The notes beneath the pieces were generated by a model. That model had not been told where the DNA came from. It was given only the letters and a program-made list of their open reading frames with translations, and searched no databases. Below, one piece after another: positions 9,016-19,462 of a stretch of DNA of 64,000 bases; positions within the stretch are counted from its first letter, which is position 1, and every line of letters begins with the position of its first letter. The stretch comes from Paludibacter sp. GTDB lineage: Bacteria; Bacteroidota; Bacteroidia; Bacteroidales; Paludibacteraceae. Location: contig JAYFPP010000215.1 in NCBI GenBank assembly GCA_034927635.1, positions 6,868-70,867 on the forward strand. The letters are read 5' to 3'. Both the position numbers and the translations under genes were made by a program.

Positions 9016-10820
9016 TGGTGATACGATTGAATCTGCGATTTCTCACATTATTATCTGTCCTTTTCAGTATTTTCTTTGCTGTGGGATGTAAAGACACAGA
9101 AGTGACCGAAGGCATACAGGGGGTTTCGGTAAGCGAAAAAACGCTTACCATGGGTATTGGGAAAACCCGTCAGGTATATGCTTCGGTATATCCCTGCTTG
9201 CCCGGAGGCGATCAAATAAGATGGTCGGTGGAAAATCCGGATATAGCTACTGTTGAGGACAAGGGAACGCATAACGGTATAAGTATGGCGACGATTACGG
9301 CCGTAGCAAAAGGTAAGGTTGTGGTGATAGCCGAATCAGTCACCGACAGCACCAGAAAGGCAGTTATAACCGTCGATGTGGTTGAATTCACTTTTGAGGA
9401 TCAGGCAAAAGGAATGGATTATAAGTCGGATGAATTAATTACCTATAGTGTGCCTGACGGATACCCTCAGGAAGGCACTCAGCTGTTTAATGTTGCTGTT
9501 AATGACAAATTTACCGGTGTGTATACCGATATAAATGCATGGCAGAAACTTGTAAGTTTTGCTTACTTTGATTTTACTCCCGGCAATGAGGTAGAGGTGG
9601 AAGTTACTACTACAAAATCATTCGGAAGTTATAAAATATTACCGGAGTCGGAAAATATAATTTCTACCAGAGAAGGAAACGCCATCCGTTTTAAAGTAAA
9701 AGAAGCCTACCAGAATCTCTCGATTGTGTTTGATGATAATTATAAAGCGAATACACTTCATCTTTTTGCCAATGCCATCGACACTGATGCTCCCACTGAA
9801 TCGAACGATAACCTGATTTATTTCGGTCCGGGATACCATGATTTGTCGAAAAATTACGGAGGAAGAATTACTACAGGAAACAAGGATGTGTACATCGCCG
9901 GCGGTGCTGTGGTGAGTGGAGCGATGGTTGTAAGTGGCAACGGAAATCACGTGAGCGGCCATGGTATAATGATGAAAACCACTCCGAATGATCTGGTACT
10001 CATAGCCAATTATGCCAGAAATGCATTGATTGAAGGTATTATTGTTTGTAGTCACCGGAACGGAGGATGGACAGTGGGCATGCATGAAGCGTCGAATATC
10101 ACGGTGCAAAATGTGAAGGTTGTGAGTACCCGTTATGCAAGTACCGATGGCTTCGATATTGTTAATACCAACAATGTTACAATGAGAAATACCTTTATAC
10201 GCTCATGCGACGATGCAATTGCAATTAAAGGACTGATCAATAATACTCCGTCGTTGTGTCTGCCAAACGAAAAGATGTCCTTTGAAAAACTCCAGATATG
10301 GAACGACTGTAACAACGCGATGTGTCTGGGTGCCGAAACCCGTGCCAGACATTATGAAGACATTCATTTTAAAGATATTGATGTACTGTTCTCTTACGAC
10401 GACCGTGATCATCACACAGAGTTAGATGAGCGATCGGTAATGAGTATTGTGTGTCTTGAAGGTACCTATTTCAGGAATATCAGTTGGGAAGATATTCGTG
10501 TCAACAGGTGCGAACGGTTGATTTGTCAGACATTTAAAAACAGCTTCTGGTTTGGCTCCATTATGGGTGACCAGACTACCGAAGGTGGTGTTGAAGGAGT
10601 AACATACAAGAATATAACAGTAGCTTCGAATAGCGGGAGTAAAATTGCCAATGAGATACTGCTCAACGGATGGCTCAAAGATGGTACCCCGACTAAAATA
10701 ATCAATAATGTTGTTTTCGACAATGTAATTATTCAGGGGAAACGCGTGAACAGTGAGAGTAATATTAAGACAAACAATACCCCGGAACAGCAATTAATCA
10801 CAAATTTAATTTTTAAATAG
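9012..10820 (+). CDS. Lipoprotein: Ig-like (Big_2) domain plus GH28/GH49-like beta-helix glycoside hydrolase
   Basis: Lipobox AVGC; WSVENPDIATV Ig repeat; STDGFD and CDDAIAIK give Asp residues at 0/+21/+22 as in GH28. Confidence 0.8.
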   Translation: MMVIRLNLRFLTLLSVLFSIFFAVGCKDTEVTEGIQGVSVSEKTLTMGIGKTRQVYASVYPCLPGGDQIRWSVENPDIATVEDKGTHNGISMATITAVAKGKVVVIAESVTDSTRKAVITVDVVEFTFEDQAKGMDYKSDELITYSVPDGYPQEGTQLFNVAVNDKFTGVYTDINAWQKLVSFAYFDFTPGNEVEVEVTTTKSFGSYKILPESENIISTREGNAIRFKVKEAYQNLSIVFDDNYKANTLHLFANAIDTDAPTESNDNLIYFGPGYHDLSKNYGGRITTGNKDVYIAGGAVVSGAMVVSGNGNHVSGHGIMMKTTPNDLVLIANYARNALIEGIIVCSHRNGGWTVGMHEASNITVQNVKVVSTRYASTDGFDIVNTNNVTMRNTFIRSCDDAIAIKGLINNTPSLCLPNEKMSFEKLQIWNDCNNAMCLGAETRARHYEDIHFKDIDVLFSYDDRDHHTELDERSVMSIVCLEGTYFRNISWEDIRVNRCERLICQTFKNSFWFGSIMGDQTTEGGVEGVTYKNITVASNSGSKIANEILLNGWLKDGTPTKIINNVVFDNVIIQGKRVNSESNIKTNNTPEQQLITNLIFK

Positions 10821-10822
10821 AA

Positions 10823-11764
10823 ATGCATAATGTTATGAATAAGAGTGTGTTAATAGTTGCGTTGCTGTTAATACTGACCTCGTGTGCTGCAAAAAAAACA
10901 TATATATTTTCATACTTTAAGGGGAATGGAGAAGACGGATTACACCTGGCTTACAGTGAAAATGGTTACCAATGGACCAATCTGTCGGAGGAATCATTCT
11001 TAACACCTGTTCTGAGTAATGATAAACTGATGCGCGATCCTTGTATTATTACTGGTGGTGATGGCCGGTTTCATATGGTGTGGACCGTCAGCTGGACCGA
11101 AAACGGAATCGGCTATGCCTCGTCGGACGATTTGATGCACTGGTCGGAACAACAATTTATTCCTGTTATGGCACATGAGGAGGGCGTACGTAACTGCTGG
11201 GCACCGGAAATTACCTATGATAAGGCCAATGATGAATATATGATTTACTGGTCGTCGACAATTGCAGGTCGTTTTAATGATCAAAGTCAGGCCAGTGAGG
11301 ATGAATATAATCATCGTATATATTATGTTACTACGAAGGATTTCAAGACTTTCTCCGAAACAGGATTGTTGTACGATAGGGGATTTAATGCGATCGATGC
11401 TACAATTGTATTTCACAAAGGGAAATATATAATGTTAGTCAAAGACGAGACCTTGTCGCCTGTACAAAAGAACATTCGTATTGCTTATGCAGATAAACTT
11501 ACAGGACCTTATTCGAAGGCATCGGAACCTGTTACAGGCTTATACTGGGCCGAAGGACCAACCTCGTTAAGGGTAAAGGGAAAATGGCTGGTATACTTTG
11601 ACAAGTACAAAGAAGGAAGTTTCGGGGCTATACGTTCAAAAGACCTTAAAAAGTGGGAAGATGTCTCGGAAGAGATTATTTTGCCTGAGGGCATTCGCCA
11701 TGGCAGTATTCTCGAAGTCTCCCCTGAAATAATAGAAAATATTAAGAAAAAAATGAATCAATAA
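10823..11764 (+). CDS. Glycoside hydrolase family 43 lipoprotein
   Basis: Lipobox LTSC; five-bladed propeller motifs MRDPCI, WAPE, IDATI, AEGP, RHGS. Confidence 0.85.
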   Translation: MHNVMNKSVLIVALLLILTSCAAKKTYIFSYFKGNGEDGLHLAYSENGYQWTNLSEESFLTPVLSNDKLMRDPCIITGGDGRFHMVWTVSWTENGIGYASSDDLMHWSEQQFIPVMAHEEGVRNCWAPEITYDKANDEYMIYWSSTIAGRFNDQSQASEDEYNHRIYYVTTKDFKTFSETGLLYDRGFNAIDATIVFHKGKYIMLVKDETLSPVQKNIRIAYADKLTGPYSKASEPVTGLYWAEGPTSLRVKGKWLVYFDKYKEGSFGAIRSKDLKKWEDVSEEIILPEGIRHGSILEVSPEIIENIKKKMNQ

Positions 11765-11799
11765 ATTCAGTTCGGAATAATAGTAAATAAAGATTATTC

Positions 11800-13209
11800 A
11801 TGAAAAAAATAATATATCTGATAGCCTTTACAGGTTTAGCTTTGGGTTTACAGGCAAAAACAGGTCTCCCGGCGGTCTTTGGTGATAATATGGTGTTGCA
11901 GCAACATTCGGACGTGTCGGTCTGGGGGTGGGGCAATCCTTCCGAAACAGTGAAAATCGTATCAGGTTGGCTACTGAACGATACTGTTAGTGTAAAGGTG
12001 TCGGGGGAAGGAGTGTGGCGCACAAAGATTCGTACCGTCGGGGCCGGAGGACCGTATACCTTGCAGGTATTTGTTTCTGAAACAGATAAAACAGTATTTC
12101 GCAATGTTATGTTGGGTGAGGTGTGGTTGTGTAGCGGGCAGTCGAATATGGGCTGGACGGCTGCCGAAAATCTTGTAAATAAAGAAGCAGAGATAGAGGC
12201 TGCTAATCATCCTGACATACGTATTTTTCACGTGCCGGCACGAACTGCGACTTCACCTCAGGTGGATTGTGATACGCAATGGGTCGGGTGCACACCAGCC
12301 ACCATGCAACATACCAGTGCGGTAGGTTATTTTTTTGCCCGCAGGTTGAAAGAATATCTGAATGTTCCTGTCGGTATTATCGTGGCGGCATGGGGTGGAA
12401 CTCCCTACGAAACATGGACTAAGAAAGAGTTGATAGATAACCATCCGTTGCTGAAAGCTTATGCCCCTGTTAGCGAAAATAAATGGCGTCCGAATCTGCC
12501 CGGAACCTGCTATAATCAGATGATTCATCCCGTTGTACCTTATTCCATTTCAGGAGCAATCTGGTATCAGGGCGAAACCAATGTGGGTAATCCCTTTTAT
12601 GCGATGGGACTTCAAACCATGATCAACGGATGGCGTGCTGATTTTGGGAAAGAATTCCCTTTTTATCTCGTACAAATAGCTCCCTTTACTTACAACTCGG
12701 CCTTCAATGAACCGGCGTTGCTTCGCGAGCAACAGGAATTGGTTACAAAATTTGTAGCACGAACAGGTATGGTTGTGGTATCTGATTTGGTGCATGATGT
12801 TAAAGACATACATCCCATCGACAAACAAAATGTGGGACTTAGGTTGGCTAATCTTGCGCTTGCCGAAACCTATGCTCAACCGGTTAAAGAATATCTGAGT
12901 CCGGTCTTTAAATCCATGAGTGTGGAAAAAGGGAAGGCAATAATTACGTTCGACAATGTACAGGTGGGACTCATGATAAAGGGAGAAAAAATCACAGGGT
13001 TGAAAATTGCCGGTGCTGATGAGAAATTTGTGCCCGCGGATGGAATTGTCAAAGGTGACCAACTGGTTGTATCTTCGCCTGAAGTGAAACAGCCAGTTTA
13101 CGTAACTTTCTGTTTTGACGATGCCACAGCAGGTAATCTGTTTTCGAAAGCAGGTTTGCCCGTAGCTCCATTCAGAAGTAATCCTGTGAAATCACTCTTC
13201 GGTAAGTAA
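11800..13209 (+). CDS. Sialate O-acetylesterase (SASA, SGNH family)
   Basis: FGDNMVLQQ, GEVWLCSGQSNM, IWYQGETN, DIHPIDK. Confidence 0.92.
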   Translation: MKKIIYLIAFTGLALGLQAKTGLPAVFGDNMVLQQHSDVSVWGWGNPSETVKIVSGWLLNDTVSVKVSGEGVWRTKIRTVGAGGPYTLQVFVSETDKTVFRNVMLGEVWLCSGQSNMGWTAAENLVNKEAEIEAANHPDIRIFHVPARTATSPQVDCDTQWVGCTPATMQHTSAVGYFFARRLKEYLNVPVGIIVAAWGGTPYETWTKKELIDNHPLLKAYAPVSENKWRPNLPGTCYNQMIHPVVPYSISGAIWYQGETNVGNPFYAMGLQTMINGWRADFGKEFPFYLVQIAPFTYNSAFNEPALLREQQELVTKFVARTGMVVVSDLVHDVKDIHPIDKQNVGLRLANLALAETYAQPVKEYLSPVFKSMSVEKGKAIITFDNVQVGLMIKGEKITGLKIAGADEKFVPADGIVKGDQLVVSSPEVKQPVYVTFCFDDATAGNLFSKAGLPVAPFRSNPVKSLFGK

Positions 13210-13271
13210 TCATCAGGATGATAATCCCTTTTCAGAATTCGAACTCACATTAACATAAAGAAAGTTATTGT

Positions 13272-16200
13272 ATGAAGTGTATTAAAACCAGACTTGTTCT
13301 TGCTATTATAGGTTTATTGTGCCTGAGTGTTGGAAGTTTTTTCGGACAACCGGTTAACGCAAAATCAGAAATCGTTGTAAGCAGTCCTGATAGCCTGCTT
13401 AAAGTGAAAGTGTTATTAGAAAGAGGGAGCCTCTTTTATAATGTTTCCTACGATGGAAAACTTGTCCTCGAAGATTCTCCTTTGGGGCTTATCACCAACA
13501 CAGGAGATTTTAGCAAAGATATGAAGTTTATTAACTCAAAACATGAGGTGGTTGATGAAACCTATACCCTTAAACATGCGAAAAGGAGTACATTTCATTA
13601 TAAGGCTAATCGGCTGATTTATAAGTTGTCAAATGCAGGGAATCAACAGTTGGACCTTATCTTCAATGTAAGCAATAACGATATAGCATTTTGTTATGCA
13701 TTGAAAGAACAGGGAGAAATCGCCGCTTGTATCATTGAAAAAGAAATTACCGGGTTTAATTTTCCGTTGAAAACCACTACATTTCTGAGTCCGCAGGCAA
13801 GCCCGATGTCATTCTGGAAACGTACGAAGCCAAGTTACGAAGAAGAGTATGTTGCTGATGAACCGATAGGCACACCTTCGAAATACGGGATGGGCTATAC
13901 TTTCCCCGGATTGTTTCGAATTGGTGAGCATTGGGCATTGGTGTCGGAGACGGGGGTAACCGGCGCCTATTGTGCATCGCGGTTGAGTGAGGCAACAAAA
14001 GACGGGGTATATACATTGGTTTTTCCTGACAAAGGAGAGAATAATGGCGTTGGTAATGCATCACCCGTCGTATCGCTGCCATCAACTACTCCCTGGCGCA
14101 CCATAACCGTAGCTGATAATCTGAAACCGATTGTTGAAACGACGATTCCATTCGACGTGGTAAAGCCCGTGTATGAGCCATTGATAGAGTATAAGTCAGG
14201 ACGTTCGACCTGGAGTTGGATCATGTGGCAGGACGAAAGTATGAACCGGAACGATCAGGTGGCTTATATTGATTTTGCTGCATTGATGGGTTACGAATAT
14301 GTATTGATTGATGCGCTGTGGGATGAAAAAATCGGTTACGACCGGATGGAAAAACTGATTGCTTATGCCCACTCGAAGGGTGTTGATGTGTTTTTATGGT
14401 ACAACTCAAACGGGGTATGGAATGATGCGCCACAAGGCCCGAAAAATAAACTGAATACTGCACTCGCCCGTAAAAAAGAGATGAAGTGGCTTAAAAACGC
14501 AGGAGTGAAAGGGCTGAAAGTTGATTTTTTCGGAGGAGATAAACAGCAAACGATGCAACTGTATGAAGATATTCTGGCAGATGCCAATGAGTACGGATTG
14601 ATGATTATCTTTCATGGCTGTACACTTCCCCGTGGTTGGGAAAGGATGTATCCTAACTTTATCGGAAGTGAAGCGGTATTAGCCTCCGAAAATCTGATCT
14701 TTACGCAACATGCCTGCGATAATGAGGCTTTTAATGCCACTTTGCACCCATTTATCCGTAACGCGGTGGGGAGCATGGAGTTTGGACCTGTACTATTGAA
14801 TGAACGTCTCAACAGAAACAACGATGGTGGAAGTATACGTCGTACAACAGATATTTTTCAAATCGCCACTGCGGTGTTGTTTCAAAGTGCCGTACAAATG
14901 TTTGCCATAGCTCCGAATAACCTTACCGATGCCCCCTGGTTTGTCATGGACTTCATGATGAGCGTCCCTACGACCTGGGACGAAACGGTTTATATTGATG
15001 GTTATCCCGGTAAATATTGTGTCTTGGCACGCCGAAGTGGAGAAAAATGGTATGTGACGGGTGTTAATGCACAAAAAAATGTGTGTCGTGTCAAAGTAAA
15101 ACTGCCTATGCTCGAAGGCAAAACCTTCATGAAGTATTACGATGATAAAGATCGAAAGGCGCATGCAGAAAGAATGACATTGCAGAAGGGTGAAGAGGTG
15201 GTGTTGGAAATTCAGCCCGAAGGGGGCATTGTTCTGGCTACACCTTACGAAAATCTGTGGAATTCGGAGCAAAGCAAAAATGCAGATTTTCAACAAAACG
15301 CAACAGGGGAAAATTTTTCGTCATCAATACTCAAAACATATGCTGTGCCCGATGCGTATCCTCAGGAGGGAGCAGCTTTGTATACCGTAGCTGTCAATGG
15401 TAAATTTACCGGAGTTTACACTGATTTAAATGCATGGAAAGAATTGGTGAGTTTCGGATATTTTGATTTTAAACCGGGAAAAGAGGTGGAAATAAAGGTG
15501 ACGGCTTCAAAACCGTTTTCGGATTATAAAATCCTGCCGGCATCGAATCTTATCAGTTCAAGACGGGAAGGGCAAACGATTACTTTTAAACTAAAGGAGG
15601 CAGATAAGTTTTTTTCATTCGTTTTTGACGATGATTATAAAGGAAGTACACTGCATCTGTTTGCCAACTCAATAGATAAAGATGCTCCTGAGAAGTCGGG
15701 CGAGAATTTAATCTTCTTTGGTCCGGGATATCATAAACTGGAGCAACCTTTAAGCGTGCCGACTGGTACCAATGTGTATATAACCGGAGGGGCTGTTGTG
15801 GAGGGAAATATTGAGCTGAGAAATAATCAGGGAAGTTGCATCACTGGTCGGGGGATATTGATGAATACACTTCCGGGTGGACTTGTGTTGGGGGCAAGTC
15901 ATTCATCCGACATTAAACTTGACGGGATTATTGTTTGCAGTCACCGGAATCCGGGTTGGACGGTAGGTTTTCATCAGGTATCAAATGTTTCGGCAACAAA
16001 TGTCAAAATAGTAAGCCCGAGATATGCCAGTACTGATGGTTTCGATATCTCCAATTCAAATAATATCCGTATAAGCAATAGTTTTATCAGAACCTGCGAT
16101 GATGCTATTGCTATCAAAGGACTGGTAAAAGGGAGTCCCGCAAATTGTCCTCCGAATGAACATCTTTACCTTGAAAATCTACAGCTCTGGAATGATTGCA

Positions 16201-16718
16201 ACAATGCGATGTGCCTGGGAGCCGAAACACGGGCCAGCAAGTATGAAAACATACATTTCAGAAATATTGATGTGCTATCCTCCTATGACGACAAGTACCA
16301 CCATGAGGAACTTGACGAACGTTCGGTAATGTCAATCGTCAGTCTTGAGGGAACATATTTTAAAAATATCACATGGGAAAATGTACGCGTGAACCGATGT
16401 GAACGGTTAATATGTCTTACATTTAAAGATCAGTTTTGGTTTGGTTCCATAAAGGGAGATCAAAACACTGAGGGTGGAATTGAGAATGTAGTCTTTAAAA
16501 ATGTTACAGTAGAATCAAACAGCGGTAGTAGTATCGCTAACGAGATTCTCTTAAATGGCTGGTATAAAGAAAATTCACCGGTTAAAATGATTAATAACGT
16601 CACCTTCGATAATATGATTGTTGAGGGAAAGTTGATCAGTAGTGAGAAGGATATAAAAACCAATAATTCAAATGAACGCAAATTGGTGACTAATATAGTG
16701 TTTAAAAACACAAAGTAA
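13272..16718 (+). CDS. GH97 glycosidase fused to a C-terminal GH28/GH49-like beta-helix domain
   Basis: GH97 motifs YVLIDALWD, GLKVDFF, FHGCTLPRGWERMYPN..GSEAV in residues ~30-660; the C-terminal ~470 aa closely match ORF 9012; no stop at the junction. Confidence 0.85.
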   Translation: MKCIKTRLVLAIIGLLCLSVGSFFGQPVNAKSEIVVSSPDSLLKVKVLLERGSLFYNVSYDGKLVLEDSPLGLITNTGDFSKDMKFINSKHEVVDETYTLKHAKRSTFHYKANRLIYKLSNAGNQQLDLIFNVSNNDIAFCYALKEQGEIAACIIEKEITGFNFPLKTTTFLSPQASPMSFWKRTKPSYEEEYVADEPIGTPSKYGMGYTFPGLFRIGEHWALVSETGVTGAYCASRLSEATKDGVYTLVFPDKGENNGVGNASPVVSLPSTTPWRTITVADNLKPIVETTIPFDVVKPVYEPLIEYKSGRSTWSWIMWQDESMNRNDQVAYIDFAALMGYEYVLIDALWDEKIGYDRMEKLIAYAHSKGVDVFLWYNSNGVWNDAPQGPKNKLNTALARKKEMKWLKNAGVKGLKVDFFGGDKQQTMQLYEDILADANEYGLMIIFHGCTLPRGWERMYPNFIGSEAVLASENLIFTQHACDNEAFNATLHPFIRNAVGSMEFGPVLLNERLNRNNDGGSIRRTTDIFQIATAVLFQSAVQMFAIAPNNLTDAPWFVMDFMMSVPTTWDETVYIDGYPGKYCVLARRSGEKWYVTGVNAQKNVCRVKVKLPMLEGKTFMKYYDDKDRKAHAERMTLQKGEEVVLEIQPEGGIVLATPYENLWNSEQSKNADFQQNATGENFSSSILKTYAVPDAYPQEGAALYTVAVNGKFTGVYTDLNAWKELVSFGYFDFKPGKEVEIKVTASKPFSDYKILPASNLISSRREGQTITFKLKEADKFFSFVFDDDYKGSTLHLFANSIDKDAPEKSGENLIFFGPGYHKLEQPLSVPTGTNVYITGGAVVEGNIELRNNQGSCITGRGILMNTLPGGLVLGASHSSDIKLDGIIVCSHRNPGWTVGFHQVSNVSATNVKIVSPRYASTDGFDISNSNNIRISNSFIRTCDDAIAIKGLVKGSPANCPPNEHLYLENLQLWNDCNNAMCLGAETRASKYENIHFRNIDVLSSYDDKYHHEELDERSVMSIVSLEGTYFKNITWENVRVNRCERLICLTFKDQFWFGSIKGDQNTEGGIENVVFKNVTVESNSGSSIANEILLNGWYKENSPVKMINNVTFDNMIVEGKLISSEKDIKTNNSNERKLVTNIVFKNTK

Positions 16719-16900
16719 TTACAATTGCAGTGGTTGGAATTATTGGCATAGAGTGAAATGATGTCGTGGAAACGAGACTGTAAAAAAGTATTATTGTAAA
16801 AACAGAACAATGATCCTGTAAAAATGGAACATGTGTTTTCTCTGATATACATAATTTTGCAGGGTTTCTGATCACTAACAATAATAAACGACATTAAAAA

Positions 16901-17818
16901 ATGAAAAAAATTACTTTTATTCTCCTTGCTGTTTTTATTTTTTCGGGTAATAAGGCATTAGGTCAAAGTTCATATTTACTTGATGAAAATTTTGATTCGT
17001 ACACAACCGGTACTTTCCCTTCAGATTGGGTACTGCGATATCCTGGTGCCGGTGCGGGTTTGCAGGTGGTAACAAATTCCGAATTTGTATCAGCGAGCAA
17101 TTCCCTGAAACTCGAAGGAAAGGCTAGTAACTCTGCAAATGCTGAATTCCTGCTGTCGTCAACACCGGATATAATATGGCTTGAATTAAATGTAAAAGTT
17201 TCTCATGAAGGTCAGATAAGTTTTCCGGGCTATCCGCATGCAATTGTTGGTTTTAATAACAATGCAAGGTCGAGCTGGGCTAATGGTTATGGATATGTTG
17301 GGTTTTACACAGCGGGTTCAATTATTGCTGCAGGCACAACCCTTCAATCTTATAATGAGAACCAATGGTACAAAGTAAAAATTAAATATAATGCAACATT
17401 GAATACTATGGATGTGTGGATTGATGATGTTCAGAAAGGTGCAAATATGGCTCTTTCGGGTAATTCTTTAAAATACAATGCACTCCTTTTGAATGGTGGT
17501 AATGCAGGTCATTCAATTGATTATTTTGATAATGTAAAAGTTTGGGCAGAGACACCTACCGGAATCGATAATACAAAAGGGGCAAATTCAGTACAAATCA
17601 GTTCGAATCCGGATAACAGTGTAGTTGCAATAAATTGTACAAGTGAGGTTTCAGGACAACTTGTTTCAATCTATAATATTCAGGGACAATTAAAATTGCA
17701 ACAATTATTACAGGAAGGCACAAATATGATTGATATTTCAGCACTTCCAAAAGGATTATATGTTGTAAAAGCCGGGATTAAAGAATGTGAGTCAATTCAA
17801 AAGATGATGAAATATTGA
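16901..17818 (+). CDS. T9SS-secreted beta-sandwich (ConA/laminin G-like) protein
   Basis: Signal peptide; DENFD...WYKVKI.YN...DVWIDD...YFDNVKV; CTD IYNIQG...GLYVVK. Confidence 0.7.
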   Translation: MKKITFILLAVFIFSGNKALGQSSYLLDENFDSYTTGTFPSDWVLRYPGAGAGLQVVTNSEFVSASNSLKLEGKASNSANAEFLLSSTPDIIWLELNVKVSHEGQISFPGYPHAIVGFNNNARSSWANGYGYVGFYTAGSIIAAGTTLQSYNENQWYKVKIKYNATLNTMDVWIDDVQKGANMALSGNSLKYNALLLNGGNAGHSIDYFDNVKVWAETPTGIDNTKGANSVQISSNPDNSVVAINCTSEVSGQLVSIYNIQGQLKLQQLLQEGTNMIDISALPKGLYVVKAGIKECESIQKMMKY

Positions 17819-17878
17819 ATTTAATTTGTCGATATTTTACAACCTGACTGTAAAAAGGAAAACCGGAGAGTTTGCTAT

Positions 17879-17918
17879 AAATAACCCCGTACTGTCAAAG
17901 CACAGTACGGGGTTATTT
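17879..17918. terminator. Bidirectional intrinsic terminator
   Basis: AAATAACCCCGTACTGT-N6-ACAGTACGGGGTTATTT between convergent genes. Confidence 0.85.
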
Positions 17919-17941
17919 ATGTTTTGTCCCAACCTGAAAGG

Positions 17942-19402
17942 CTATTCAATACTATTCAGTAATCCCAGTTTACCGTCATCAATCAATTTGATAATCAGCT
18001 CGCCGAACAGCGTGTTCTGCCATGCAAACCACGAGCGGGTATAGTTGGTAGGATCGTCTTTGTGGAAGGATTCGTGCATGAAGCCGGTGCCGGCATCGGT
18101 AGCCATCAGTGTTTCGATACACCATTTAATCTCCTTGTCGTCCTTGCTGGTAAAGGCTTTCATCATGATGCTCATGGGCCAGATCATGTCGTAACCGATG
18201 TGCGGACCGCCAATACCTTCGCCTGCTTTTCCTTTGAAGAAGTAGGGATTGTCCTGGCTCCACACGAATTTGCGGGTGTTCTGATAGATCTTATCGGTTG
18301 ATTTTACATCTCCGAGGTACGACATGGCCAGCAGGCTTGGTACGTTGGCATCGTCCATGAGCAGCTGATTGCCGAATCCATCCACTTCAAAAGCGTATAT
18401 TTTCCCGTATTTAGGATGTTTGTAAACGGCGTATTTCTTTAGTGCTGTTTCCACTTCATTGGCCAAAGTAGTACATTCGCCGGCTTTGGCAGTGGCTTTA
18501 TTGACAGTGTTGAGGATTTCGGCTGCTTTACGAAGAGAAGTCACCGCGAAGAAGTTCGAAGGAATGAGGAACTGGAAAGTGGTGGCGTCATCAGAAGGAC
18601 GGAAAGCAGAAGCAATCAGACCAACCGGATTTACAGGATTCCCCATTCCGTTGTTCGACATGGTGTCGAGCTGACGGTCGGTAACCCTCAGGAAAGTGTA
18701 GGAGCCGTGTCCTTCCTTTTTCTGCTGTTCTTTGAAAGTCTGCACTATAAGAGCGATGGCTTGTTCCCATTCTTTACCGAAAACAGAGGCATCGCCGGTT
18801 TGTTTCCAGTACTCATAAGCCAGACGGATTACGTAGCACAGTGAGTCGATTTCCCATTTACGTTCGTGGAGTTGCAGCTTCATGGCTGTCTTGTCGCTCA
18901 TCCAGTGATGATCGGGATTCGGATCATGGGGATCGAGGAATGCGTTGGCGTAAGGATCGATGAGGATGCATTTGAACTGACGGAGAATAACGCCGCGCAA
19001 CATCTTTTGCAGTTTAGGATCGTCCTTGGCAAGTTTGATGTAAGGATAGACCTGAGCACCCGAGTCGCGCAGCCACATGGCGTGGATATCGCCGGTGTAT
19101 ACCACGGTGTCGTCGTCGCCCTCTTCCGTGGTATAATAACGAACGGTGGTGTCGATAGTGTTAGGGTAGCAGTTCTCAAACATCCAGCGCAGGCGGGCGT
19201 TGCTGAGTTGTCCGGTCACTTCAGCGATCTTGTTTTCCACGGCATCCGAACGGAAAAGGCGTTTGCCCGGTACCGGACGCTGCGAAATATACACCTTTGT
19301 GTTGTCGCTTGCCAGCGCAGTCGCTGTGTTACTGCCGGCGCTTACCATAACCGTTGCGGCAAAAGCGAAGACGGTTGATAGAATCAATGTTTTTTTGTTC
19401 AT
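17942..19402 (-). CDS. GH125 exo-alpha-1,6-mannosidase
   Basis: [40 protein letters not shown]...TRSWFAWQN. Confidence 0.93.
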   Translation of the reverse strand: MNKKTLILSTVFAFAATVMVSAGSNTATALASDNTKVYISQRPVPGKRLFRSDAVENKIAEVTGQLSNARLRWMFENCYPNTIDTTVRYYTTEEGDDDTVVYTGDIHAMWLRDSGAQVYPYIKLAKDDPKLQKMLRGVILRQFKCILIDPYANAFLDPHDPNPDHHWMSDKTAMKLQLHERKWEIDSLCYVIRLAYEYWKQTGDASVFGKEWEQAIALIVQTFKEQQKKEGHGSYTFLRVTDRQLDTMSNNGMGNPVNPVGLIASAFRPSDDATTFQFLIPSNFFAVTSLRKAAEILNTVNKATAKAGECTTLANEVETALKKYAVYKHPKYGKIYAFEVDGFGNQLLMDDANVPSLLAMSYLGDVKSTDKIYQNTRKFVWSQDNPYFFKGKAGEGIGGPHIGYDMIWPMSIMMKAFTSKDDKEIKWCIETLMATDAGTGFMHESFHKDDPTNYTRSWFAWQNTLFGELIIKLIDDGKLGLLNSIE

Positions 19403-19462
19403 ATTATATGTGATGTTAAGTTTTAATATATATACTTAAAGGGTCTTATATGACTTATATGG

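Noticed and set aside
16719-16900. Possible gene remnant or regulatory RNA between the GH97 fusion and ORF 16901
   Set aside because: No convincing motif, hairpin or repeat was found.
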